A program made the translations under genes and the position numbers. Positions 16,432 through 26,304 of a DNA stretch of 30,031 nt are shown here, piece by piece; within the stretch, counting starts at the first letter, position 1; each line of letters opens with the position of its first letter. Source of the stretch: Sphingomonadaceae bacterium (GTDB lineage: Bacteria; Chloroflexota; UBA6077); the NCBI GenBank assembly GCA_050261575.1, contig JBLNDL010000078.1, positions 124,001-154,031 of the forward strand, read 5' to 3'. Below the pieces are notes generated by a model. The model was given only the letters and a program-made list of their open reading frames with translations, did no database searches and was not told the origin of the DNA.

Positions 16432-16558
16432 TGGGCGCGCGCAGCGCGACGCGAGCGAGCACGGGAGGCGAGCGAGCGCAGCCTCACGGGCACGGCCTCT
16501 ACCAGTGCGGACCCAATGGCAAGGAGCTCGGGTTGCCCCAACCAGGCAGCCGCTGCTC

Positions 16559-19531
16559 CTACGCCGTGCGCGCCGCTTCCGCCGACTGAGCCTTTCCGTT
16601 GGAGGGCGCGGCCGCTCCGTCGAGCACCCGTCGCAGGAACTCCCCGGTGAAGGAGTTCGGGTTCTTCGCCACTTCTTCCGGAGTTCCGGTGGCGACCACC
16701 CAGCCTCCCGAGTCACCCCCCTCCGGACCGAGGTCCACGATCCAGTCGGCGACCTTGATCACGTCCAGGTTGTGCTCGATCACCACCACGGTATTGCCGC
16801 CGTCCACCAGCCGGTTCAGGACGTCCAGCAGCCGGCCGACGTCCGCGAAGTGCAGTCCGGTGGTAGGCTCGTCCAGAATATACAGGGTTCGCCCCGTAGC
16901 CCTCTTGGAGAGTTCGGAGGCTAGCTTCACCCGCTGAGCCTCGCCGCCAGACAGGGTCGTGGCGGGCTGCCCCAGCCTGATGTAGCCCAGCCCCACGTCG
17001 TTCAGGGTGGAGAGCTTGTTCCTGATCGCGGGGATGTTCTCGAAGAAGGAGAGGGCCTCCTCCACCGTCATCTCCAGCACGTCGGAGATGGTCTTGCCCT
17101 TGTAGCGAATCTCCAGGGCCTCCCGATTGTACCGCTTGCCCTTGCAGACCTCGCACGGGACGTAGACGTCCGGCAGGAAGTGCATCTCGATCTGTATGAT
17201 CCCCTCGCCACGGCACGCCTCACACCGGCCACCCTTCACGTTGAAGGAGAATCGACCTGGCAGGTAACCCCGCATCCGGGCATCCGGCAAGGAAGCGAAC
17301 AACTCTCTAATGGGGGTGAAGGCGCCGGTGTAGGTGGCAGGGTTGGACCTGGGCGTTCGGCCGATAGGCGACTGGTCGATGTCGATCACCTTGTCCAGGT
17401 ACTCGAGCCCCTCGATCCGGTCGTGGTCTCCCGCCCGCTCCTTGGCCTTGTAGAGCAGTTGGGCCAGCCGCCGGAAGAGGATGTCGCTCACCAAGCTGCT
17501 TTTCCCCGAGCCGGACACGCCGGTCACCGCGACGAAGCGCCCAAGAGGGATCTCCACGTCCACGTTCTTGAGGTTGTTCTCGCGGGCGCCCACAATCTTC
17601 AGCGTCTTTCCGCTGCCGTTCCGGCGCGTCGACGGCACGGGGATCGACATCTCGCCGCTGAGGAACTTTCCGGTGATCGACTCTGGGCAGGCGATAATGT
17701 CCTCGACACTGCCCGCTGCCACCAGTCTCCCACCGTGCTCTCCGGCTCCGGGGCCGATGTCCACCACGTAATCCGCGCTCCGGATGGTGTCCTCATCGTG
17801 CTCGACGACGATCAGGGTGTTCCCGAGGTCCCGAAGCCGTGTGAGGGTCTGGATCAACCGGTTGTTGTCCCTCTGATGGAGTCCGATGCTCGGCTCGTCC
17901 AGGATGTAGAGCACCCCCACGAGGCCGGAGCCGATCTGGGTGGCCAGCCGGATGCGCTGTGCCTCGCCGCCAGAGAGGGTTGCCGCCGTCCGGTCCAGGG
18001 TCAGGTAGTCCAGCCCCACGTCCACCAGGAAGCCCAGCCTGGCCTTGATCTCCTTCAGGACCTGCCTGGCAATCAGCAGGTCCCGCTCACTCAGAGGCCG
18101 GTCCTCGTCCGGGAAGGTGGCCGGCGCGAATGCCGGGCCGCGGAAAGCGCCCGGCTCCCCCTCCAGGAAGCGGAAGAACTCCAGGGCCCTCCACACCGAT
18201 AGCCTGGTCACGTCCACGATGGATCGGCCGGCCACGGTCACCGCAAGCACCTCGGGCTTCAATCGGTTACCATTGCAGGCGGGGCAGGGCTTGCTGGACA
18301 TGTATCGCTCGATCTCCGACCGGATGTAGTCGGAGTCGGTCTCCCTGTAGCGGCGCTCCAGGTTTCGGATCACCCCCTCGAAGGCCACGGAGTACTCGTG
18401 GCTGCGCCCATCCCGGTGCCGGTGCCTCACCCGGATCCTCTCGCCCCCGGTTCCGTACAGCAGCACATTCAGTTGCCCTGGTGTCAGTTCCCGCACGGGT
18501 ACCTTGGTGGAGAAGCCGTAGTGGTTCGCCACTGCCCCCGCGATGGTGGTGTAGTAGCTCTCGTGGGTACCGGCCCGACTCCAGGGTTGGATCGCCCCCT
18601 CGGCAATCGAGAGGTCTTTGTTGGGGATCACCAGGTCCGGGTCCACCTCCAGTTTCGAACCCAGCCCTGTGCACTCGGGACAGGCCCCATGCGGGCTATT
18701 GAAGGAGAAGCTCCTCGGGGCGATCTCCCCGAAGCTGAAGCCGCACTCCACGCAGGCGAAGTGCTCCGAAAAGACGATCTCCTCGCCCTCAGACAGGGCT
18801 ACCTTCGCCGTGCCGGCGCCCAGCTTCAACGCGGTCTCCAGGGAGTCGGCCAGCCTGCTTGCGGCGGCCTCAACCTCCTCCACCTCCTCACGGCCGGGCA
18901 CGACCAACCGGTCCACCACCACCTCGATGGTGTGCTTCCGGCTCTTGTCCAGCTTGATCTCCTCGCTGAGGTCCCGCACCTGGCCGTCGATCCTCGCACG
19001 GACGAATCCAGCCTTCCGGGCGTCCTCCAGGATACCGTGGTGCTCGCCCTTCCGGTCCTTGATCACCGGCCCCAAGATCATGATCCTGCTGCCCGCCGGC
19101 AGCGCAAGCACCGCGTCCGCCATCTGCTCCACCGTCTGCTGGGCGATCAACCGGCCGCACTTGGGGCAGTGAGGCTTGCCGACACGGGCGAACAGCAGCC
19201 TGAGGTAGTCGTAGATCTCGGTGACGGTGCCCACGGTAGATCGGGGGTTGTGGCTGGTGGCCTTCTGGTCTATGGAGATGGCCGGCGACAGGCCGCCGAT
19301 GTAGTCCACGTCCGGCTTGTCCATCTGGCCGAGGAACTGCCGCGCGTAGGCGCTGAGCGACTCCACGTAGCGCCGCTGCCCCTCGGCATAGATGGTGTCG
19401 AATGCAAGGGACGACTTTCCGGATCCGGATAGTCCAGTGACCACCACCAACTTGCCCCGGGGAATCTTCAGCGAGATGTTCTTGAGGTTGTGCTCACGTG
19501 CACCGCGGATCTCTATGTAATCCTGGCCCAA
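16559..19531 (-). CDS. uvrA: Excinuclease ABC subunit A
   Basis: Two ABC ATPase modules (GLSGSGKSS and [17 protein letters not shown] twice), Cys zinc fingers and N-terminal GAREHNLKN; 990 aa; TTG start. Confidence 0.98.
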   Translation of the reverse strand: MGQDYIEIRGAREHNLKNISLKIPRGKLVVVTGLSGSGKSSLAFDTIYAEGQRRYVESLSAYARQFLGQMDKPDVDYIGGLSPAISIDQKATSHNPRSTVGTVTEIYDYLRLLFARVGKPHCPKCGRLIAQQTVEQMADAVLALPAGSRIMILGPVIKDRKGEHHGILEDARKAGFVRARIDGQVRDLSEEIKLDKSRKHTIEVVVDRLVVPGREEVEEVEAAASRLADSLETALKLGAGTAKVALSEGEEIVFSEHFACVECGFSFGEIAPRSFSFNSPHGACPECTGLGSKLEVDPDLVIPNKDLSIAEGAIQPWSRAGTHESYYTTIAGAVANHYGFSTKVPVRELTPGQLNVLLYGTGGERIRVRHRHRDGRSHEYSVAFEGVIRNLERRYRETDSDYIRSEIERYMSSKPCPACNGNRLKPEVLAVTVAGRSIVDVTRLSVWRALEFFRFLEGEPGAFRGPAFAPATFPDEDRPLSERDLLIARQVLKEIKARLGFLVDVGLDYLTLDRTAATLSGGEAQRIRLATQIGSGLVGVLYILDEPSIGLHQRDNNRLIQTLTRLRDLGNTLIVVEHDEDTIRSADYVVDIGPGAGEHGGRLVAAGSVEDIIACPESITGKFLSGEMSIPVPSTRRNGSGKTLKIVGARENNLKNVDVEIPLGRFVAVTGVSGSGKSSLVSDILFRRLAQLLYKAKERAGDHDRIEGLEYLDKVIDIDQSPIGRTPRSNPATYTGAFTPIRELFASLPDARMRGYLPGRFSFNVKGGRCEACRGEGIIQIEMHFLPDVYVPCEVCKGKRYNREALEIRYKGKTISDVLEMTVEEALSFFENIPAIRNKLSTLNDVGLGYIRLGQPATTLSGGEAQRVKLASELSKRATGRTLYILDEPTTGLHFADVGRLLDVLNRLVDGGNTVVVIEHNLDVIKVADWIVDLGPEGGDSGGWVVATGTPEEVAKNPNSFTGEFLRRVLDGAAAPSNGKAQSAEAARTA

Positions 19532-19554
19532 TTGCCTACCTGATAATCGATTAT

Positions 19555-19713
19555 GTGGGGCAGGTTTGTGCCCTGCCGCCCGCCGGGTGTCGAGCCCCGA
19601 CGAGCTACCTGTTGTAGCACATCAGTAGGGGCAGACCCGTTTGCCTGCCCTGGTGCACCAATGGGGCACACCGCCGAAAGGATAGCAGGACACACACGCT
19701 GGTGCGCCCCCAC
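19555..19713. repeat. Cluster of REP-like palindromes in the uvrB-uvrA spacer
   Basis: GTGG-GGCAGG-TTTGTGC-CCTGCC (19555-19577) and GTAG-GGGCAGAC-CCGTTT-GCCTGCCC (19625-19650). The inverted partner is GTGG-GGGCGCAC-CAGCGT-GTGTGTCC (19713-19688). Confidence 0.7.
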
Positions 19714-19723
19714 AAGGTTGCGG

Positions 19724-21694
19724 CTAAGCGATCTCTCTGCGCAGTTCGACGATCTGGTCCCGCAGAAGGGCAGCCTTCTCGAACTCCAGGTTCTTAGCCG
19801 CCTGCTTCATCTGAGACTCCAGATCCCTTATCAGCCGCAGGATCTCGTCCTTCGGCAGCGGGGCACCCGCATCGTAAGAGGCCACGGTCTCAGCCACCGA
19901 CTTGAGCCTGCCGGAGATGTCCTTGATCGCCTTGCGGATCCCGACCGGGGTGATCCCGTGCTGCTCGTTGTACTCCATCTGAATCCGCCGCCGCCGATAC
20001 GTCTCGTCGATCGCTCGCTTCATCGAGTCTGTGACGGTGTCGGCGTACATGATCACGTGGCCGTCCACGTGGCGGGCTGCCCGCCCCATGGTCTGGATCA
20101 GGGAACCCTCGGACCGCAGGTAGCCTTCCTTGTCGGCATCCAGGATAGCGACAAGCGAGACCTCGGGCAGGTCCAGCCCCTCCCGCAGCAGGTTGATGCC
20201 CACCACCACGTCGTACACCCCGAGCCTCAGGTCCCGAAGGATCTCTATTCGCTCCAGGGTCTCGACCTCCGAGTGGAGGTAGTGAACCTTGATCCCCATC
20301 TCCCGTAGGTAGTCCGCCAGATCCTCGGCCATCCGCTTGGTGAGGGTGGTGACGAGTGCTCGCTCGCCTCGTGCCACCCGGATCCGGATCTGCTCCAGCA
20401 GATCGTCGATCTGGCCCTTTGTGGGCTTCACCTCCACGCTGGGGTCTATCAGCCCGGTGGGCCGGATCAACTGCTCCACCACCTGCTGGCTGTGCTCCCT
20501 CTCGTAAGGTCCCGGCGTGGCGGACACGTAGACAACCTGGTTGATGTGCCTCTCGAACTCCGGAAACTTCAGCGGCCGGTTGTCCAGTGCCGAGGGAAGC
20601 CGGAATCCGTAGTCCACCAGCGTCTTCTTCCTGGAGTAGTCGCCGGCATACATGCCCCTCACCTGGGGGATGGATAGGTGCGACTCGTCGATCATCATCA
20701 GGAAGTCGTCGGGGAAGTAGTCCAGCAGAGTCCAGGGCATGCTGCCCGCTGCCCGACGCGAGAGGTGGCGGGAGTAGTTCTCCACGCCGTTGCAGAAGCC
20801 CGCCTCCCGCAACATCTCCAGGTCGTAACGGGTACGCTGCTCCAGCCGCTGCGCCTCCACGAGCTTCCCTTCGTCCCTCAGCTCGCGGAGCCGCTGGGTC
20901 AGCTCCTCTTCGATGTCCTTGATAGCCTCTTCCAGCCTCTCCTGGCTCGTCACGAAGTGCTTTGCAGGGTAGACGTCCACCTGGGTCTTCTCCACAAGCA
21001 CCTCGCCGGTGAGCGGATCGATCTCGGCGATCCGCTCCACCTCGTCGCCCCAGAACTCCACCCGTATGGCTATGTCCTCCCCGGGCGGATGGATCTCCAG
21101 GGTGTCACCCCGAACCCGAAACTTGCCCCGTCCGAAGTTGTAGTCGTTCCGCTCGTAGTGGATGTCCGTCAGGAAGCGGAGCACCTTGTCCCGCCGGCGC
21201 TGCTCGCCCCGCTTCAGGGTGAGGACCACCTTGCCGTACTCCTCGGGCGAGCCGAGGCCGTAGATGCAGGAGACCGAGGCGACGATCACCACGTCCCGAC
21301 GCTCGAAGAGGGCCTTGGTCGCGGAGTGGCGCAGCCGGTCGATCTCCTCGTTGAGCGAAGAGTCCTTCTCGATGTACAGGTCGGACTTGGGGACGTACGC
21401 CTCGGGCTGGTAGTAGTCGTAGTAGCTGACGAAGTACTCCACCGCGTTGTCGGGGAAGAACTCCTTGAACTCGGAGCACAGTTGGGCGGCGAGGGTCTTG
21501 TTGGGAGCCAAGACGAGGGTCGGCCGCTGCACCCTCGCGATGACGTTGGCCATCGTGAAGGTCTTCCCCGACCCTGTGACCCCAAGCAGGGTCTGGTGCT
21601 TCATTCCCGCGTTCAGCCCCTCGACCAGGCGTTCTATAGCCTGGGGCTGGTCACCCGTGGGGACGAAATCGGAGGCGATGCGGAACTCGGGCAT
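19724..21694 (-). CDS. uvrB: Excinuclease ABC subunit B
   Basis: Motifs [42 protein letters not shown] and NLLREGLD, plus a C-terminal UVR domain. Confidence 0.98.
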   Translation of the reverse strand: MPEFRIASDFVPTGDQPQAIERLVEGLNAGMKHQTLLGVTGSGKTFTMANVIARVQRPTLVLAPNKTLAAQLCSEFKEFFPDNAVEYFVSYYDYYQPEAYVPKSDLYIEKDSSLNEEIDRLRHSATKALFERRDVVIVASVSCIYGLGSPEEYGKVVLTLKRGEQRRRDKVLRFLTDIHYERNDYNFGRGKFRVRGDTLEIHPPGEDIAIRVEFWGDEVERIAEIDPLTGEVLVEKTQVDVYPAKHFVTSQERLEEAIKDIEEELTQRLRELRDEGKLVEAQRLEQRTRYDLEMLREAGFCNGVENYSRHLSRRAAGSMPWTLLDYFPDDFLMMIDESHLSIPQVRGMYAGDYSRKKTLVDYGFRLPSALDNRPLKFPEFERHINQVVYVSATPGPYEREHSQQVVEQLIRPTGLIDPSVEVKPTKGQIDDLLEQIRIRVARGERALVTTLTKRMAEDLADYLREMGIKVHYLHSEVETLERIEILRDLRLGVYDVVVGINLLREGLDLPEVSLVAILDADKEGYLRSEGSLIQTMGRAARHVDGHVIMYADTVTDSMKRAIDETYRRRRIQMEYNEQHGITPVGIRKAIKDISGRLKSVAETVASYDAGAPLPKDEILRLIRDLESQMKQAAKNLEFEKAALLRDQIVELRREIA

Positions 21695-21765
21695 TGGTAG
21701 CCCTCTCCTAGTCGATGGCCTACGTGGCTGTTGCGCGGCTGCGAGCCGCCCTAGACGATCTGCTA

Positions 21766-21795
21766 ATTATACCAGGGGAGCGGGAGGAGGGTCGA
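21766..21795 (-). promoter_or_regulatory. Sigma70-type promoter of uvrB
   Basis: TCGACC-18-TATAAT with an extended TGG. Confidence 0.55.
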
Positions 21796-22012
21796 GGGTA
21801 ATGGAGAGTGATGGTTCCAACCGCAATCGAGGTGGAGCACTTGGCATTCTCGCTGAAGCCAGACGCAACGGCGGATTGGCGGCAAACCAACGGGCGAACC
21901 CGCGTTCACCTGGCAGTTGGGAATCACCCCTTGCGGTAGCCTCCTACCACGGCGTAACCTCTGCATGTCGACAGGCAAGTTGCGCTGCGGGAGGAAGCTT
22001 CCGAGGAGAACG

Positions 22013-23311
22013 ATGGCCAGCATCACGCCAGCCGAGACCGCCATAAGGGAGACGATTGCCAGGGACGGGCCCATCACCTTCCGTCGCTTCATGGAGATGG
22101 CGCTCTACACCGCCCCCGGCGCCTACTACAGCTCCGAGGTCGAGAAGATCGGGCCCGGCGGCGACTACTTCACCAGCCCGGAGGTCCACCCCGCCTTCGC
22201 CGCACTGCTGGCCCGCCAACTGGAGCAGTTGTGGATCGCGATGGGCCGCATCGAGCACTTCACCGTGGTGGAGATGGGGGCGGGTAGGGGTTCCCTCGCC
22301 AGGGACATCCTGACCTACACGGCCCGCTGGGCCCCCTCCTTCCACCAGGCGATCGCCTACCGGATAGTCGAACGGAGCGGAACGCTCACCAGGCTTACGC
22401 GAGAGACCCTGGCCGCGGTGGGGGAGGCCGCAGGCAAGGTGACCTGGCACCAGGGCACCATCCAGGACATGGCCGAGCGCTCGGTGGAGGGCTGCTTCCT
22501 CTCCAACGAGCTGCCGGACGCCTTCCCCGTCCACCGGATTGCCGTGGTTGGAGGTGAGCTGAAGGAGATCTACGTGACGGTGGCAGACGGCCGGCTGGCC
22601 GACGTCGTCGGAGATCTCTCGGACCCTCGCATCGCCGCATACTTCGACAGCCTCGGCCTCAGCCCGCCAGAGGGATGCCGGGCCGAGGTCAACCTTGAGG
22701 CGCTGGAGTGGATGGCCCAGGTCGCACGCACCCTGAGGCGCGGAGCGGTCCTCACCCTCGACTACGGCCACCCCGCACAGGAACTCTACTCCGAACGGCA
22801 CTGCCAAGGCACCCTGCTCTGCTTCTACCGTCACACCCTCAACAGCGACCCCTTTGCCCGGATCGGGCAGCAGGACATCACCGCCCACGTGGACTTCACG
22901 TCTCTTGCCCGCGAGGGGGGTCGACACGGGCTGAACTCCCTCGGCCTCACAACCCAGCGATCCGCTCTGTATGCCTTGGGAATGGGAGACTACCTCGCCG
23001 CACTGGAGCGGATGGGGCTCCCTCGGCGGGAGTACGAGGCAAACTGGGTGGCGATGGAGGAGCTGATGCGACCCGACGGGTTGGGAAGGGCGAAGCTGCT
23101 GATCCAGCAGAAGGGACTGGAGGGCTTCGACCCTGCGGCACTGCGGCCCGAGGGTCTGCGCCGCGGAGAGTTGGGGAGAGACCTCTCTCGGGAAGCCATC
23201 CCCCTCCTTACCGCGTCCCACATGCCGCTGACGTCGCTGTCGCCTGCGGAGCCGATGGTGGACGAGGAGGGCATGTGGAGGGAACTGGTGGGCGAGGAGG
23301 ACGAGGTGTAG
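22013..23311 (+). CDS. SAM-dependent methyltransferase, MidA/NDUFAF7 family
   Basis: Motifs GPITFRRFMEMALY, GDYFTSPE, VEMGAGRG, SNELPDAFP, LDYG and QDITAHVDF; GAGGAG RBS before ATG 22013. Confidence 0.93.
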   Translation: MASITPAETAIRETIARDGPITFRRFMEMALYTAPGAYYSSEVEKIGPGGDYFTSPEVHPAFAALLARQLEQLWIAMGRIEHFTVVEMGAGRGSLARDILTYTARWAPSFHQAIAYRIVERSGTLTRLTRETLAAVGEAAGKVTWHQGTIQDMAERSVEGCFLSNELPDAFPVHRIAVVGGELKEIYVTVADGRLADVVGDLSDPRIAAYFDSLGLSPPEGCRAEVNLEALEWMAQVARTLRRGAVLTLDYGHPAQELYSERHCQGTLLCFYRHTLNSDPFARIGQQDITAHVDFTSLAREGGRHGLNSLGLTTQRSALYALGMGDYLAALERMGLPRREYEANWVAMEELMRPDGLGRAKLLIQQKGLEGFDPAALRPEGLRRGELGRDLSREAIPLLTASHMPLTSLSPAEPMVDEEGMWRELVGEEDEV

Positions 23312-23317
23312 GCAGGC

Positions 23318-23499
23318 TCATCGGGATGCCTTCCTCCGCGCCAGTGAGACTCTCCAGGCCCCCCCGTCGAGTGCCGCCGCGCATGCTTCCAGTGTCGATG
23401 GCTTGACATCGGTTTCGCTGGCTTCGATCCGTGCAACCACCGACTGCAAAGTCCGCAGGCCCAAAGGCCACCACGCTTGCTCTCGGCACCGGTAGCCAT
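23318..23499 (-). pseudogene. Remnant of an XRE-family HTH regulator (HigA/antitoxin-like)
   Basis: A strong RBS (GGAGAGAGGGG) precedes ATG 23499. A different frame, ending at TGA 23320-23318, reads LRTLQSVVARIEASETDVKPSTLEACAAALDG, which resembles the second half of an HTH_3 domain. Confidence 0.55.
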
Positions 23500-23542
23500 A
23501 GCCCCTCTCTCCGCCTTTCGTTTGCTGAGAGATGACTAATTT

Positions 23543-23603
23543 ATCATAGCAATAGCGCTATTCTCAGTTAGGAGGACGGGTGGGCCCTCACCTGTGCTAT
23601 AAT
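23543..23603. promoter_or_regulatory. Divergent extended -10 promoters with a central palindrome
   Basis: Minus strand TGCTATGAT (23551-23543), palindrome AATAGCGCTATT (23551-23562), and plus strand TGTGCTATAAT (23593-23603). Confidence 0.6.
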
Positions 23604-23692
23604 CCTCGTCGTATGCGTGATACTACTGCTCGCGCTGCGAGTCGACAACAAGATCGAGGGTGGTTCGATGGGCCGCCCCGTTGGGAAGTGCG

Positions 23693-24358
23693 ATGTTTCC
23701 ATCCGTTGATCGTCTGATACTCTGGCTCCCAGCCTTCGTCGTCGCGATCGCGGTACATGAGGCCAGTCATGCCCTCGCTGCGAGCCTTCTAGGAGACTCC
23801 ACACCCAGGCGCCAGGGCCGGCTCACCCTCAACCCGTTGCGTCACCTGGACCCATTGGGCACTATTACCTTGATCTATGCAGGGTTCGGATGGGGAAAAC
23901 CCGTCTTCGTCGACCCTGGTCAGTTTCGCATCCATCCAATCACGGGAAACGCGATAGTGGCCGTCGCTGGTCCGCTCTCGAACGTCGTTCTGGCGATCGT
24001 GTTTGGCCTGCCAGACAGATTCCACCTGGAGCCAACCCAGTCAGCGCTTCTGTCAGCTCCCATGATCGGATCAATCAACTTGCTCGCCTTGACAGTAGCT
24101 CTCGTCAAGACCACGGCAGCGGTAAACCTGCTGCTCGCGGTCTTCAACCTGATACCATTACCCCCGCTGGATGGGTTCTCTGTCTTGATGGGCGTGTTGC
24201 CGCGATCGCACGCCATAGCCATTGCCCCGCTGGCAAAGTACGGTCCTCCCGCGCTTCTCATGCTCTTCGCCCTGTCCTACTTTGGCATTATGGATGTGTT
24301 TGGGCGCGTCATCATGCCCCCGTTCAATGCGCTGTACCCCATAGTCATCGGTGGGTGA
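23693..24358 (+). CDS. Site-2 protease family (peptidase M50) membrane protein
   Basis: HEASH, GRLTLNPLRHLDPLG, FGWGKPV, VAGPLSN and FNLIPLPPLDG motifs. Confidence 0.93.
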   Translation: MFPSVDRLILWLPAFVVAIAVHEASHALAASLLGDSTPRRQGRLTLNPLRHLDPLGTITLIYAGFGWGKPVFVDPGQFRIHPITGNAIVAVAGPLSNVVLAIVFGLPDRFHLEPTQSALLSAPMIGSINLLALTVALVKTTAAVNLLLAVFNLIPLPPLDGFSVLMGVLPRSHAIAIAPLAKYGPPALLMLFALSYFGIMDVFGRVIMPPFNALYPIVIGG

Positions 24359-24888
24359 CAGTGGGGGCCCTCTACCGGATACGGCAGGGGTTGGCCAGCC
24401 TGAGGGCATCCATGCGATCCGAGGATTGGGCTTTGGCAGCCCAGCATCTCTCCGAGGCCGAGTGGGAGCTGTTTCGTCGCATGCAGCCGGCGGACCAGCG
24501 CCACAGCGTCCAGGTGCTTCGTACACTGCTGGAAGCGGGAGTGGCCGACGAGGACCTCCTCAAGGCTGCCCTCCTCCACGACGTCGGCAAGTCCCGGTGC
24601 CGGATCGGCGTAGTCCACCGCACGGTGGCGGTACTGCTACAGGTGCTCTTCGGGGAGTTGCCTCCCTTCGCCTATCAGAGGCGCGGAGCCTGGTGGATGC
24701 CCTTCCACGTACTGGCGAACCACCCACGCATCGGGGCCGCCATGCTGTCCCAGGCGGGCTCCCCGGAGCGTGTGTGGCGACTCGTGGAGCTGCACCAACA
24801 GGACCCACGATTTGCGGGAACAGGGCCAGACTCCAGATGGCTCACGGAGGCGTTGATCGTCCTGCGCGGGGCAGACAACGAGAACTGA
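24355..24888 (+). CDS. HD domain-containing protein
   Basis: DQRHS, ALLHDVGK, HPRIGA and terminal ADNEN. The GTG start overlaps the previous stop (GTGA); 24361 is an alternative start. Confidence 0.85.
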   Translation: MTVGALYRIRQGLASLRASMRSEDWALAAQHLSEAEWELFRRMQPADQRHSVQVLRTLLEAGVADEDLLKAALLHDVGKSRCRIGVVHRTVAVLLQVLFGELPPFAYQRRGAWWMPFHVLANHPRIGAAMLSQAGSPERVWRLVELHQQDPRFAGTGPDSRWLTEALIVLRGADNEN

Positions 24889-24900
24889 GGTGTTGACGCG

Positions 24901-25782
24901 ATGAAGCAGGTCACCATCGTCGGCTTGGGCATGATCGGCGCCTCCATGGGGCTAGCACTCAGGCAACTCAAGTCCCCGCCCCGCGTGGTAGGCAACGACG
25001 AGCGGTACGACGCGGCCGTGCAGGCCGAAAAGCTCAAGGCAGTGGACAGAGTGGAGCACGACCCGCTCGACGCCGTCGCAGGCTCCGACCTCGTGATCGT
25101 GGCAACCCCCGTCGGGACCATCCCAGCGGTGCTCGAGACGATCGCGGGATCCCTGAGCGACGGCTGCATAGTGACGGACACCGGCAGCACCAAGCGAGAG
25201 ATCCTGCGCCGAGCAGGCGAGATCCTCCCACCTGGTGTGGCCTTCGTCGGCGGCCACCCGATGACCGGCAAGGCCACCGCCGGGGTGGACCAGCCCGACG
25301 CGGCCATCTTCAGAGGGGCGGTCTACTGCCTTACCCCCTCCACCGGAACCCCCGGTCCGGCTGTCGCCGCCGTCGTGGAGTTGATTCGGCAGATCGGCTC
25401 CGTGCCCTACTTCCTCGATCCGGCGGAGCACGACGGGTTGGTGGCCGGGATCAGCCACCTTCCCTACCTGCTGTCGGTCGCCCTCATGGAGACCCTGGCC
25501 TCTCAGCCCAGTTGGCGGGAGATGTCCGCGCTGGCCGCGGGCGGCTTCGAAACCGTCACCCGCCTGTCCGGGCAGAACCCCAGGATGTACGGCGACATCC
25601 TCGTGAGCAACACCGACAATGTGGTGCGACACCTGGACCGCCTCTTGGCGAGTCTAGGCGCACTCAGGCAGCGATTGCTCGACGGCGACGCGGCGGAGCT
25701 GTTGAGGGAGTTGGAGAAGGTCCAGCGACAGCGGGTCGGCTGGGAGGAGCAGCGGAGGCGCGAGGCTGCCGAAAGGCGATGA
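24901..25782 (+). CDS. tyrA: Prephenate/arogenate dehydrogenase
   Basis: GLGMIGAS, TDTGSTK, GGHPMTG, EHDGLVAGISHLP and GGFETVTRL motifs. Confidence 0.92.
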   Translation: MKQVTIVGLGMIGASMGLALRQLKSPPRVVGNDERYDAAVQAEKLKAVDRVEHDPLDAVAGSDLVIVATPVGTIPAVLETIAGSLSDGCIVTDTGSTKREILRRAGEILPPGVAFVGGHPMTGKATAGVDQPDAAIFRGAVYCLTPSTGTPGPAVAAVVELIRQIGSVPYFLDPAEHDGLVAGISHLPYLLSVALMETLASQPSWREMSALAAGGFETVTRLSGQNPRMYGDILVSNTDNVVRHLDRLLASLGALRQRLLDGDAAELLRELEKVQRQRVGWEEQRRREAAERR

Positions 25783-25788
25783 CGTCGC

Positions 25789-25812
25789 GGGGGTGGGCGT
25801 AGGCCCACCCCC
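25789..25812. terminator. Hairpin between convergent tyrA and rplL
   Basis: GGGGGTGGGC-GTAG-GCCCACCCCC forms a 10-bp perfect stem. Confidence 0.6.
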
Positions 25813-25838
25813 ACGAACCGACCGCACGGCGCCGATTC

Positions 25839-26225
25839 TTACTGGATCTCGACGGTCGCGCCTGCTTCCTTCAGCTTGGCAGCGGCCTTCTCGGCCTCGT
25901 CCTTGGGCACGCCCTCCTTGACCGGCTTCGGAGCGCCCTCCACCAGGTCCTTGGCCTCCTTCAGGCCGAGACCGGTCAGCTCGCGGACGACCTTGATCAC
26001 GTTGATCTTGTTCGCCCCGAACTCCTTCAGGATGACGTTGAACTCGGTCTTCTCCTCGGCCGGAGCCGCTGCGGCTGGCGCACCTGCCCCTGCCGGCGCT
26101 GCTGCGGCGGCAGCCACGGGTGCCGCAGCCACGACACCAAACCGATCCTGCAGGGCCTTGACCAGCTCGGACAGCTCGAGAACGGTCATCTTCTCGATCG
26201 CCCCAATGATCTCTTCAGTGCTCAT
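25839..26225 (-). CDS. rplL: 50S ribosomal protein L7/L12
   Basis: [11 protein letters not shown], an Ala-rich hinge, EEKTEF and [24 protein letters not shown]. Confidence 0.98.
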   Translation of the reverse strand: MSTEEIIGAIEKMTVLELSELVKALQDRFGVVAAAPVAAAAAAPAGAGAPAAAAPAEEKTEFNVILKEFGANKINVIKVVRELTGLGLKEAKDLVEGAPKPVKEGVPKDEAEKAAAKLKEAGATVEIQ

Positions 26226-26304
26226 TCTATCCCTTCCTTGATCTTCTTACGTCAACCCTCTCCTACCGCGGAGAGGGGCGGAGTGAGTGTCGGTCTCCTG
26301 CCAG

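Noticed and set aside
16317..16558. Cobalamin or SAM riboswitch upstream of the tetrapyrrole operon
   Set aside because: The conserved cores were not recognisable, and the region is largely explained by repeat-like hairpins. An Infernal/Rfam scan would settle it.
21750..21770. LexA (SOS) box at the uvrB promoter
   Set aside because: TAGACGATCTGCTA does not fit GAAC-N4-GTTC.
22990..23499. 169-aa minus-strand ORF as a real protein
   Set aside because: About 320 nt is antisense to the methyltransferase gene and its composition is not protein-like; it is better explained as read-through from a frameshifted HTH remnant.
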